Position numbers and translations under genes: made by a program
Origin: an uncultured delta proteobacterium
Lineage (GTDB): Bacteria; Myxococcota_A; Polyangia; Haliangiales; Haliangiaceae
Reading direction: 5' to 3'
Length of the DNA stretch: 64,000 nucleotides
NCBI GenBank assembly: GCA_963743525.1
Contig: CAVUQH010000003.1
Coordinates: 256,001 to 320,000, forward strand
The notes under the pieces: generated by a model
What the model saw: the letters and a program-made list of their open reading frames with translations, nothing else
Databases searched by the model: none
What the model was told of the DNA's origin: nothing
Part shown: in pieces, positions 16,661 to 24,880 of the stretch
Numbering within the stretch: the stretch's first letter is position 1
How the letters are laid out: every line of letters begins with the position of its first letter

Positions 16661-17311
16661 ATGCGCTCCGCCGCCATGTTTACGGCTCTGCTCATCACCC
16701 TCCTGGTCGTCGCCGGGGCCGCCACCTGGTCCGGCTGGATCTACACCCAGCGCCGGCGCCAGCTGGCCGGCGGACCGAGCGACCTGAGTGACGCTCCGCT
16801 GCTCGGCGACGGTCGCGGCAACCTGATCGAGCGCAGCATCTTCGAGCTGCGCGTGGGCGACGTGGTGTCGTACGACGGCCGCGACTTCCTGGTCGAAGGG
16901 GTGCTCGAGTACGACGAGGACGGGCGGCGCTGGCGCGGCGCGCGCATCGTCAACGCCGGCGACTCGCACTGGCTGATCACCGGGCTGGGCATGCAGACGT
17001 CGCTGCGGCTGATGCACACCGCCGCTGACGTCGAGCTGTCGGGCTACCCGCCCGAGACGCTGCTGGCCGGCGGCGTTCGCTACAACATGGACAAGCGCGG
17101 CACCGCGTCGGCGCGGTTCACCGGCGACCTGGGCAGCATGCCGGGCAAGCGCGGGCACGTGCGCGAAGACACCATCGACCGCTGCCGCTGGTGGCGCTAC
17201 GAGTCAGCGGGCGACGAGACGATGTTGGTCGAGCAGTGGGGCGACGAGTACCGCATCTTGCGCGGAGTCAACGTGCCCGAAGGCTCGCTCGAAATGATGC
17301 CGGGGTCCTGA
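16661..17311 (+). CDS. DUF4178-like membrane-anchored protein
   Basis: N-terminal TM helix; LRVGDVVSYDGRDFLVEG...Y...RGTA...W.YE...VEQW pattern. Confidence 0.7.
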   Translation: MRSAAMFTALLITLLVVAGAATWSGWIYTQRRRQLAGGPSDLSDAPLLGDGRGNLIERSIFELRVGDVVSYDGRDFLVEGVLEYDEDGRRWRGARIVNAGDSHWLITGLGMQTSLRLMHTAADVELSGYPPETLLAGGVRYNMDKRGTASARFTGDLGSMPGKRGHVREDTIDRCRWWRYESAGDETMLVEQWGDEYRILRGVNVPEGSLEMMPGS

Positions 17312-17312
17312 C

Positions 17313-18401
17313 ATGACGAACACGCTCCTGCCCACGACCATGGTCGGCTCGTATCCGCGGCCGCACTGGTTCACCTATCAGCTCGAGGGTCGCGACATCC
17401 TCGAGGCGTTCAAGGTGATCCACCACGCCGAGGCGTACGAGGACGCCCTGCGCACGGTGCTGCGCGACCAGGAGCTGGCCGGCCTCGACATCCTGGCCGA
17501 CGGCCAGATGTGGTTCGACGACTACTCGATGGGCATCGGCTCGTTCCTCTGGTACTGGCTCGAACGGACGCGCGGCTTCAGCAAGGAGAAGCTGCCGCAC
17601 CCGGCGCGGGCCAAGGCCCGGGGCAACGACGTCTGGGCGCTGGACGAGGCCGGCGGCGTGGCCGTGGACGGGCCGATCGAGCGCGGGCCGATCCGCATGG
17701 CGATGCTCTACCGCATGGCGCAGTCACTGACCGACCGGCCGATCAAGGCGTGCGTCGGCGCGGGCCCGGTGCAGCTGTCGACGCTGGCGCACTTTCGCGC
17801 CGGCCCGGTGAAGAACCGTTACCAGCTGAGCGAGGCGCTGGCCGACGTGTTCAACGCCGAGATCCGCGAGCTGATGGAGGCCGGCTGCCAGCACATCCAG
17901 CTCGAGGACCTGGGCGCGTGGATGCCGTTCCTGTCGGGCGAAAAGGACTACGGCTGGGTGCGCGACATCGTCAACCGGACGCTGGCCGGCACCGAGGGCG
18001 TCGCCACGTCGTGGCACTTCTGCAAGGGCAACGCGTGGGGCAACCAGCTCCACGGCATGACCGCCGGCGGCTACGGCGAGGTGCTGCCGCACTACGCCGA
18101 CGTCAACGTCAACCAGTACGTCCTCGACTTCGCCTGCCGCGAGATGGAAGACGCGGTGCTGCTGGCCGACATCCCCGCCGACAAGACCGTCGCGGTCGGC
18201 GTCATCGACGTGCGCTCGCTCGAGATCGAGCCGCCGGAGATCGTCGCCCAGCGGATCCGCAAGGTGCTCAAGCACATCGAGCCGTCGCGGGTGACGCTGA
18301 CCACCGACTGCGGGATGAAGCAGCTGCCGCGGCCGTGCGCCCGGCAGAAGCTGTGCGCGCTGGTGGCCGGGGCGGCCATCGTCCGCGCCGAGCTGTCCTG
18401 A
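17313..18401 (+). CDS. Cobalamin-independent methionine synthase II-family protein (single barrel)
   Basis: TTMVGSYPRP, DQELAGLDILADG, Zn ligands WHFC and TTDCG, VGVIDVRS. Confidence 0.88.
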   Translation: MTNTLLPTTMVGSYPRPHWFTYQLEGRDILEAFKVIHHAEAYEDALRTVLRDQELAGLDILADGQMWFDDYSMGIGSFLWYWLERTRGFSKEKLPHPARAKARGNDVWALDEAGGVAVDGPIERGPIRMAMLYRMAQSLTDRPIKACVGAGPVQLSTLAHFRAGPVKNRYQLSEALADVFNAEIRELMEAGCQHIQLEDLGAWMPFLSGEKDYGWVRDIVNRTLAGTEGVATSWHFCKGNAWGNQLHGMTAGGYGEVLPHYADVNVNQYVLDFACREMEDAVLLADIPADKTVAVGVIDVRSLEIEPPEIVAQRIRKVLKHIEPSRVTLTTDCGMKQLPRPCARQKLCALVAGAAIVRAELS

Positions 18402-18466
18402 GCGTCGATCTCCGTTCGGGCAGGTTGACGCGCCCCGCGCGGGTGGTTACGCAATCGGGGTTACAC

Positions 18467-19078
18467 ATGGAACCCGTAAACGACGACCGTGACCCCGCGG
18501 GCGAGGAGCCCGCGTTCAAAGTGAACGACCGCCGCTGGTGGGTCGAGCGCGACGATCCGCCCGAGGCGGCGCCGTCGGGCGAGGCGCCGCCCGTCGAGGA
18601 CAAGCCGACCTTCGTCGCCTACCTGGAGAAGCAGCTGGCCGAGCGCGACCAGCTGCTGAAGGAGGCGACCGACCGCCAGCGCCGCGCCATCGCCGAGCTC
18701 GAGCGCGCGCAGGAGCGGATCGCCCGCGACGCCCGGCGCCAGCTGGAGCAGGACACCCGTGACCTCATCGCCAGCCTCCTGCCCGTGGTCGACGACCTCG
18801 ACCGCGCGCTGGCCGCCGCCCGCGAGACCGGCCGCGACCCGGCCCTGACCGAGGGCGTCGAGCTGGCCCGCCGCCGCTTCCTGTCGGCGCTCGCCGACCG
18901 CGGCATCAGCCGCGACGAGCCGCTCGGCCAGCCGTTCGACCCCGCCCGCCACGAAGCCGTCGCGATGGTCCCGGGCCCCGCCGGCACCCCGAGCAACACC
19001 ATCCTCGCCGTCGTCCAGCCCGGCTACCACACCGCCGACGCCCTCATCCGCCCCGCCCTAGTCGCCGTCACCAAATAG
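18467..19078 (+). CDS. grpE: Nucleotide exchange factor GrpE
   Basis: Coiled coil, LLPVVDDLDRAL, FDPARHEAV, VQPGY...LIRPALVAV. Confidence 0.9.
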   Translation: MEPVNDDRDPAGEEPAFKVNDRRWWVERDDPPEAAPSGEAPPVEDKPTFVAYLEKQLAERDQLLKEATDRQRRAIAELERAQERIARDARRQLEQDTRDLIASLLPVVDDLDRALAAARETGRDPALTEGVELARRRFLSALADRGISRDEPLGQPFDPARHEAVAMVPGPAGTPSNTILAVVQPGYHTADALIRPALVAVTK

Positions 19079-20204
19079 GGGACGCTCGTTAGTTTTTCAC
19101 TTTTTTCCCGTGGTTTTCCCAGGGGTTGAGTCACCCCCTGTCGCAAGCACCGCGCCCCTACCCCGGGGCGATATCCGCCACGATCGCCTGCACTATCTCG
19201 CCGCCAGGCGACATCCGCTCCAGCCCCTCGGGGTCGAACGAGAACACCTCGCCCAGCTCGCGCGCTGCTGTCACCGCGTCGAGACGCAGCCCTGCCGCGC
19301 TGCGCCCGGACCGCTCGACCTGCGCGGGAAGCCCGTCGGTCTGCGCTGTCATCGCGTAGCCCGGCCACCGCTTCGACAGCCATGCGAGCGAGCGCGTCAC
19401 CTCGTGAGCGCCGCCCCACCACACCGTGATCTCCCTGGCGTCCGCGTCGAGCCAAGCCCCGTCTCCCACGCATCGCTCGTTCGGCAACGGCACGCCCTGC
19501 TCGTCGGCCAGGATCTCGAGCGCCGCGGGGCCCATGCCGAGCCACGCCTGTATTCGCAGCTGCGCGCGGTGAAGTCGCGCATGTTGCCCGACGGAAAACG
19601 AACGCTGAGCAACGTCTCCTGGTACGGGAACTGCGCGCACAGCCCTTCGTCCGCATCATCGCCCCGGTATTCCTACCAGGAGCACGGACGGCCGAGCACG
19701 GCTCCGCAGACGCCGAGTCGGTCGCGCAGCATGGCCGGATCGGTGGCGACCGGCGCGCGCGCGTCGGCGTCGGGCGCGGGCAGCCCGGCACGCGCGTCGA
19801 GCTCGATGATTCCTTCCGCGGACCACGCAACCCGCCACTCGGGCCATCGCAGTAGCAGGTACGGTTGGTAGATCCTTCGCAGCCCCGGACTGCAGCCGAA
19901 CGAGTGATTGCCAGTGTTCTCGAAGAAGCGCAGCTCGTGCCGATCGAAGTCCATCAGCACGCCTCCCTCACACCAGGTTGGACCGAGGAGCTCGCGACAA
20001 GGTTCCTGGTCGGGCGCCGCGGAATCATCGTGGCGCCGAACTGCGAGCGTCGAACGGCGACCTGCCCATCGCGGATGACGAGGTAGCGTGCGCGGTGGCC
20101 CACATCCCATTCTCGCATCCGGGCATGGCCGCGGGGTGCGACTGGGGTAGGGGTAACCAGCTAAGTTTACTCGTGAAAAAAGTGAAAAACTAATGAGCGT
20201 CCCC
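19078..20204. mobile_element. Non-autonomous inverted-repeat-bounded element (REPIN/MITE-like) carrying a decayed gene
   Basis: 35-bp imperfect terminal IRs at 19078-19112 and 20170-20204 (GGGGACGCTCRTTAGTTTTTCACTTTTTTC..., 32/35 identical). No transposase inside. Confidence 0.65.
19158..20103 (-). pseudogene. Degraded gene for an uncharacterised two-repeat protein
   Basis: Starts MGHRARYLVIRDG; frameshift ~20015; in-frame TAG at 19673-19675; second frameshift ~19555. Internal repeat WCEGGVLMDFD..RWPEW versus VGDGAWLDAD..RWPGY. Confidence 0.6.
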
Positions 20205-21645
20205 GGGCTTGGCGGCGGAGGGGTTTGCCGCTGGAGCCGACTGGTAGCTCGTCGGCGGGGATGATGGCGATGGCTTTGGGGATCTTGTAGGCGGCGACGC
20301 GGGGGCGGAGCCAGGTGCGGAGGGCGGCGGCGAAGGTGGGGGCGTCGACGCCCGGGTCGCGGGGGGCGACGACGAGGGCGACGATCTGCCCCCAGTCGGG
20401 GTCGGGCTTGCCGAAGCAGACGGCGCCGGCGACGTCGGGGTGGCCGGAGACCACGCGCTCGACCTCGGCGGGGTAGACGTTGACGCCGCCGCTGATGATG
20501 GTGTCGTGCTTGCGGTCGACCAGGTAGAGGTAGTCGTCGTCGTCGACGCGGCCGAGGTCGCCGACGCTGACGAAGTCGTCGACAGCACCTGTGGGTCGGG
20601 CGATGGTGCCGTCGGCGGCCAGGTAGCCCTGCATCACCGTCGGTGAGCGGACGTAGATCTCGCCGACGCTGTTGGCCGGGACCGGCTGGCCGTCTTCGTC
20701 GACCAGGCGAAGATCGACGCCCGCCGGTGGTCGGCCGACGGAGCCCGGGCGGGTGAGCTGCTCGGCCGGCGGCAACACCGCGACGGTGCCGGTCTCCGAC
20801 GAGCCGTAGAACTCCCACAGCACGCCGTCGCCCAGCCAGTCGACCAGGCGCTGCTTGGTCGCCGGTGCGATCGGTGCGCCGGCGACGATGGCACAGCGGA
20901 TCGACGAGGTGTCGCGGGCGCGCCGGGCGGCGTCGGGCAACGCCAGGATCCGCTCGTACTGGGTCGGGACCAGGAAGAAGAAGGTCGCGCCGGTGTCGGC
21001 GACGGCGTCGAGGAACGCCTCGGGACGGAAGCGCGACATCACCACCGTGCGCGCGCCCGCGGCCATGCCGGCGCGGAGGAAGATGCCGGGCGCCGAGTGC
21101 GCCAGCGGGCAGGCGATCAGGTGCACGTCGGTGGCCGACAGGCCGTACGTGCGCGTCAGCTCGGCCGCGCGCGCGGCCTCTTGTTCGTCGCTGCGGAAGC
21201 AGCCCTTCGGGTACCCGGTGGTTCCGGACGTGTAGATGAGCGTCGCACCGATGGCGTCGCGCAGCGGCACCGGCGCGCCCGGCGCGCGCGCGGCATCGGC
21301 GATCGACACCACCGCCGGCGCGGCGTTCTTGTCCGGGAGATCCCCGATCGCGGCCGTGGCCACCGGCGCCAGCGCCTCGGTGCAGAGAATCACGTCCGGG
21401 CGCGCGTCGTCGATGACGAAGGCGACCTCCGGCGGGGCCAGCTTGGGATTCACCGGTACGGCGACCCGGCCGAGCGCCGTCACCGCCTCGCGCGCGATGA
21501 CGAATTCCGGGCTGTTGCCGGCGAGAATCGCTACTCGCTCGTCGGCGGCGGCGCGGTCGGCCAGAAATCTGGCCACCCGTCCGGCCGGCTCGGCGATGCC
21601 GGCGCGGTCGATCTCGAAGCGCTGTACAGCCTGCTCGCCCATCAC
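20167..21645 (-). CDS. AMP-binding acyl-CoA synthetase
   Basis: YTSGTTGYPKG, FYGSSE, SVGDLG, DRKHDTIISGGVNVYPAEVE. The last codons come from the inverted repeat. Confidence 0.92.
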   Translation of the reverse strand: MMGEQAVQRFEIDRAGIAEPAGRVARFLADRAAADERVAILAGNSPEFVIAREAVTALGRVAVPVNPKLAPPEVAFVIDDARPDVILCTEALAPVATAAIGDLPDKNAAPAVVSIADAARAPGAPVPLRDAIGATLIYTSGTTGYPKGCFRSDEQEAARAAELTRTYGLSATDVHLIACPLAHSAPGIFLRAGMAAGARTVVMSRFRPEAFLDAVADTGATFFFLVPTQYERILALPDAARRARDTSSIRCAIVAGAPIAPATKQRLVDWLGDGVLWEFYGSSETGTVAVLPPAEQLTRPGSVGRPPAGVDLRLVDEDGQPVPANSVGEIYVRSPTVMQGYLAADGTIARPTGAVDDFVSVGDLGRVDDDDYLYLVDRKHDTIISGGVNVYPAEVERVVSGHPDVAGAVCFGKPDPDWGQIVALVVAPRDPGVDAPTFAAALRTWLRPRVAAYKIPKAIAIIPADELPVGSSGKPLRRQARGRSLVFHFFHE

Positions 21646-21701
21646 GATCCTTGACGCGACTCCGGGTTCATCGTAGCGATCTTCATCGCAGGTAGGTGGA
21701 C

Positions 21702-23312
21702 ATGGACAGGCGGTTGAGCCAGAAGTACCGGCTCGGAGGGCGGATCGGCGGCGGCGGGATGGCCGAAGTCCTGCGTGCCACGGCGGTGGGCGCCGAGGGA
21801 TTCACTCGCCCGGTGGCGGTCAAGCGGATCCAGCCCGAGCTGTCGTCCGACCCCAAGTTCGGCGACATGTTCATCAACGAGGCGCGCATCGCCTCGCTGC
21901 TCCACCACCCGAACATCGCCGCGGTCATCGACTTCGATCGCGACGAAGACGGCACCTACTACCTGGTGATGGAGCTGATCCACGGGATCGATCTGCGCAC
22001 CCTGCGCGACAGCGGCACGCTGCCGTTCGAGGTCGTCACCCACGTCATCGGCGAGGTGCTCAAGGGGCTCGCCTACGCCCACGAGCTGACCCACGACGGC
22101 AAGCACCTGGGCATCGTCCACCGCGACGTCTCGCCGCACAACGTGATGATCGGCTGGGACGGCAGCGTCAAGCTGGTCAACTTCGGCATCGCCAAGGCGG
22201 TCGCTGCCACCCAGTCGCTGGTCGTCTCCAACCAGTCGCAGGAAGGATCGCTCAAGGGCAAGGTCGCCTACATGAGCCCGGAGCAGGCCCACGGCGAGCG
22301 ACTGGACGGCCGCAGCGACGTCTTCGCCGTCGGCGTCATGCTCCACGAGCTGCTCACCGGGCGGCGGCTGTTCACCGGCGCGACCGAGCCGGAGGTGCTG
22401 GCGCGCATGCTCCACCAGCCGATCGCGCCGCCCAACCTGGCGCGCCCCGAGGTGCCGGCCGATCTGTCGGCGGTGGCGCTGCGCATGCTCGAGCGCGACA
22501 AGCGCCGCCGCTACCGCAACGCCCGGGCTGCGCTCGAGGCGCTGCTGTCGTGCGCCAGCGCCAGCGCCCGTGGCGGTCTGGCGCTGCAGGACGTGCTGCG
22601 CCAGCGCTTCTCCGATCAGGTCCCGCGCATTCCGACCGCGGTGTCGTCGCCGCGCTCGGTCGTCGACACCATGCCCGAGACGGTCACCGCCCAGCGCCCG
22701 GTGCGCCAGCCGGTCGGCCGCACGCTCACCGATCCGGGCAGCAGCGGCACCCCCAGTGCCGTCGGCCAGCGCGGCACGCGCACGCGAACACGGCCGGGCC
22801 GCTCGCACTCGGCGCTGTGGATTGCCGGCGGCGCCGGCTTCATGGTCGCGGCCGGTATCATTCTGTTTGCCGCGCTGTCCGGTGGCAGCTCGCCGACGCC
22901 AACCGAGCCGCAGGTGATCGCGGGCAAGATGCCGCCGCTTGCCGCCGACATCGACGCCGCGGCTGTTGCTGCGCCGCCGGTGCGAACCAACGCGCCGCTG
23001 CCGGCTACCAGCATCGACGCCGGCCCGGCCGCCGCTCCGCCCGCGCGCACGGCGCCGCGCACGGCCCGCCACCATCACGAGGCCCTGCGCCCGGTCGACC
23101 CCGCGGAGCCGGGCACCCTGCGGATCACCGTGGATCCATGGGCGACGGTCGTCATCGACGGCAAGCCTCGCGGCAGCACTCCGTTCAAGGGCAAGCTGAC
23201 GCCCGGCGAGCACCGTATCGAGCTGCGCAACGACGAGCTGGGCAAGGCCGAGACGGTCCAGGTCACCCTCGAGTCCGGTCTGCCCAAACGGATCGACCGC
23301 CACTGGAAGTAG
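21702..23312 (+). CDS. Membrane Ser/Thr protein kinase with C-terminal PEGA-like domain (DFG read as NFG)
   Basis: GGGGMAEV, VAVKRI, HRDVSPHN, VNFG, YMSPEQ, DVFAVG, TM helix, GTLRITVDPWATVVIDG. Confidence 0.9.
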   Translation: MDRRLSQKYRLGGRIGGGGMAEVLRATAVGAEGFTRPVAVKRIQPELSSDPKFGDMFINEARIASLLHHPNIAAVIDFDRDEDGTYYLVMELIHGIDLRTLRDSGTLPFEVVTHVIGEVLKGLAYAHELTHDGKHLGIVHRDVSPHNVMIGWDGSVKLVNFGIAKAVAATQSLVVSNQSQEGSLKGKVAYMSPEQAHGERLDGRSDVFAVGVMLHELLTGRRLFTGATEPEVLARMLHQPIAPPNLARPEVPADLSAVALRMLERDKRRRYRNARAALEALLSCASASARGGLALQDVLRQRFSDQVPRIPTAVSSPRSVVDTMPETVTAQRPVRQPVGRTLTDPGSSGTPSAVGQRGTRTRTRPGRSHSALWIAGGAGFMVAAGIILFAALSGGSSPTPTEPQVIAGKMPPLAADIDAAAVAAPPVRTNAPLPATSIDAGPAAAPPARTAPRTARHHHEALRPVDPAEPGTLRITVDPWATVVIDGKPRGSTPFKGKLTPGEHRIELRNDELGKAETVQVTLESGLPKRIDRHWK

Positions 23313-23324
23313 TCGGCGGCCGCG

Positions 23325-23792
23325 CTAGTGCGCTCGCTCGACCAGCTCGACCAGCGTGCCACCCATCGCCTTGGGATGGAGGAACGCGACCAGGTGGCCA
23401 CCGGCGCCCGGGCGCGGCGCCTGATCGATCAGCCGCACGCCGGCGCTCTTCAGCCGCTCGAGGGCGGCGTTGATATCGCTGACGGCAAAGGCGATGTGGT
23501 GCAGTCCGTCGCCGCGGCCCTCGAGGAACTTCTCCAGGCCGACGTTCTCGGGCAGCGGGCAGACCAGCTCGACGGCGCAGTCGCCGGTGCGCGGCATGCG
23601 CACGAATGCCGCGCCGGTCTTCTGCGGGATGACATCCTCGCGGTCGACCAGCGGCAGGCCGAGCAGCGCCGACCAGGCGCGCCCGGCCTCGTCCATGTCG
23701 CCGACGCAGACGCCGATGTGGTCGATGCCGACGACCAGCCCCGCGAGGAGCTCGCCGGTGATGGTCGAGTAGTCCGACGGTTTACGCGGCAT
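23325..23792 (-). CDS. mce: Methylmalonyl-CoA epimerase (VOC family)
   Basis: IDHIGVCV, VELVCP, GLHHIAF, LIDQAPRPGAGG, FLHPK..GGTLVELVE. Confidence 0.88.
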   Translation of the reverse strand: MPRKPSDYSTITGELLAGLVVGIDHIGVCVGDMDEAGRAWSALLGLPLVDREDVIPQKTGAAFVRMPRTGDCAVELVCPLPENVGLEKFLEGRGDGLHHIAFAVSDINAALERLKSAGVRLIDQAPRPGAGGHLVAFLHPKAMGGTLVELVERAH

Positions 23793-24705
23793 CGCGAACC
23801 TGTCCGTCGCGGATCAGCGCCCACAGCTCGCCGTTGGGCGCCGCCGGACGTGACGAGTAGTCGTAAAAGCCGAGGCCGGTCTTCTTGCCCAGGTGTCCCT
23901 GCTGCACCAGGCGGCGCAGCAGCGCCGGCGGCTGGTAGCGGCTCTCGCCGAAGTCGCGGTAGAGCAGCTTGGACATGGCGTAGACGACGTCGAGACCGAT
24001 CAGGTCCGACAGCGCCAGCGGGCCCAGCGGATGGCCGCAACCCAGCTTCATCGCCGTGTCGATCTGATCGGCGCGCGCCATCCCCTCGCTGTAGGCGTGG
24101 ATGGCGTTGAGCAGATACGGCACCAGCAGGCGGTTGACGACGAAGCCGGTGGAGTCGATCACCGGCACCGCGGTCTTGCCGATGGCGCTGATGAACGCTT
24201 CGGCTGCAGGGACCACGTCGGCGTCGGTCTCCGGCAGGTGCGCCAGCTCGACCAGGCTCATCGCCGGCACCGGCGAGAAGAAGTGCAGGCCGATGGTCCG
24301 CTGCTCGCGGATGCCGGCAGCGAGGTCGCGGATGCGCAGGGTCGAGGTATTCGACGCCAGCACCGCGCGCTCGCCCAGGCGGGTGGTCAGGTCGGTGAAC
24401 AGCGTCCGCTTCTCGCGCACGTCCTCGACGATCGACTCGATCACCAGGTCGCGATCGCCGAGCGCGTCGCGGTCGCTGGTGACGGTCAGGTTGGCCAGCG
24501 CGCGCTCCACCGTGGCGGCGTCGATCTTGCCCCGGCCGGCGCTGCGCTCGAGCGACGCGACGATCCGGTCACGGGCCGCCGACGGGTCGCCGGGGGTGGC
24601 CTTGACCAGCACGGTCGGCACGCCGGCCGCCGCGGTCACTTCGGCGATTCCGGTCCCCATCAGTCCCGATCCCACCACTCCGACACGGTCGATCGCTGTG
24701 CTCAT
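23782..24705 (-). CDS. hbd: 3-hydroxybutyryl-CoA dehydrogenase
   Basis: GSGLMGTGIA, SNTS, GLHFFSP, GFVVNRLL, HPLGPL.LSD.IGLD, LGKKTG.GFYDY. Confidence 0.9.
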   Translation of the reverse strand: MSTAIDRVGVVGSGLMGTGIAEVTAAAGVPTVLVKATPGDPSAARDRIVASLERSAGRGKIDAATVERALANLTVTSDRDALGDRDLVIESIVEDVREKRTLFTDLTTRLGERAVLASNTSTLRIRDLAAGIREQRTIGLHFFSPVPAMSLVELAHLPETDADVVPAAEAFISAIGKTAVPVIDSTGFVVNRLLVPYLLNAIHAYSEGMARADQIDTAMKLGCGHPLGPLALSDLIGLDVVYAMSKLLYRDFGESRYQPPALLRRLVQQGHLGKKTGLGFYDYSSRPAAPNGELWALIRDGQVRDAA

Positions 24706-24832
24706 TCTGTCTAGCCTCCCTGGTTTCGGTCCGTTACAGCGGCTCTCGCTACGTGTTAACAACGTTACTCAGTCTTTAGGCTCTGCCGCACCTTGTCAAT
24801 TGGTAATCATCTGGAAAAACACAGACTTTTGA

Positions 24833-24863
24833 TTTACAGACTTCACAAACTTCAATTTACTAA
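24833..24863. promoter_or_regulatory. Candidate RamB/ScfR operator repeats in an AT-rich divergent promoter
   Basis: Three TTT(R)CAAA-like boxes (TTTACAGA, TTCACAAA, TTTACTAA) in the AT-rich hbd/regulator intergenic region. Confidence 0.45.
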
Positions 24864-24880
24864 TAAACTCGATTCTGTAA

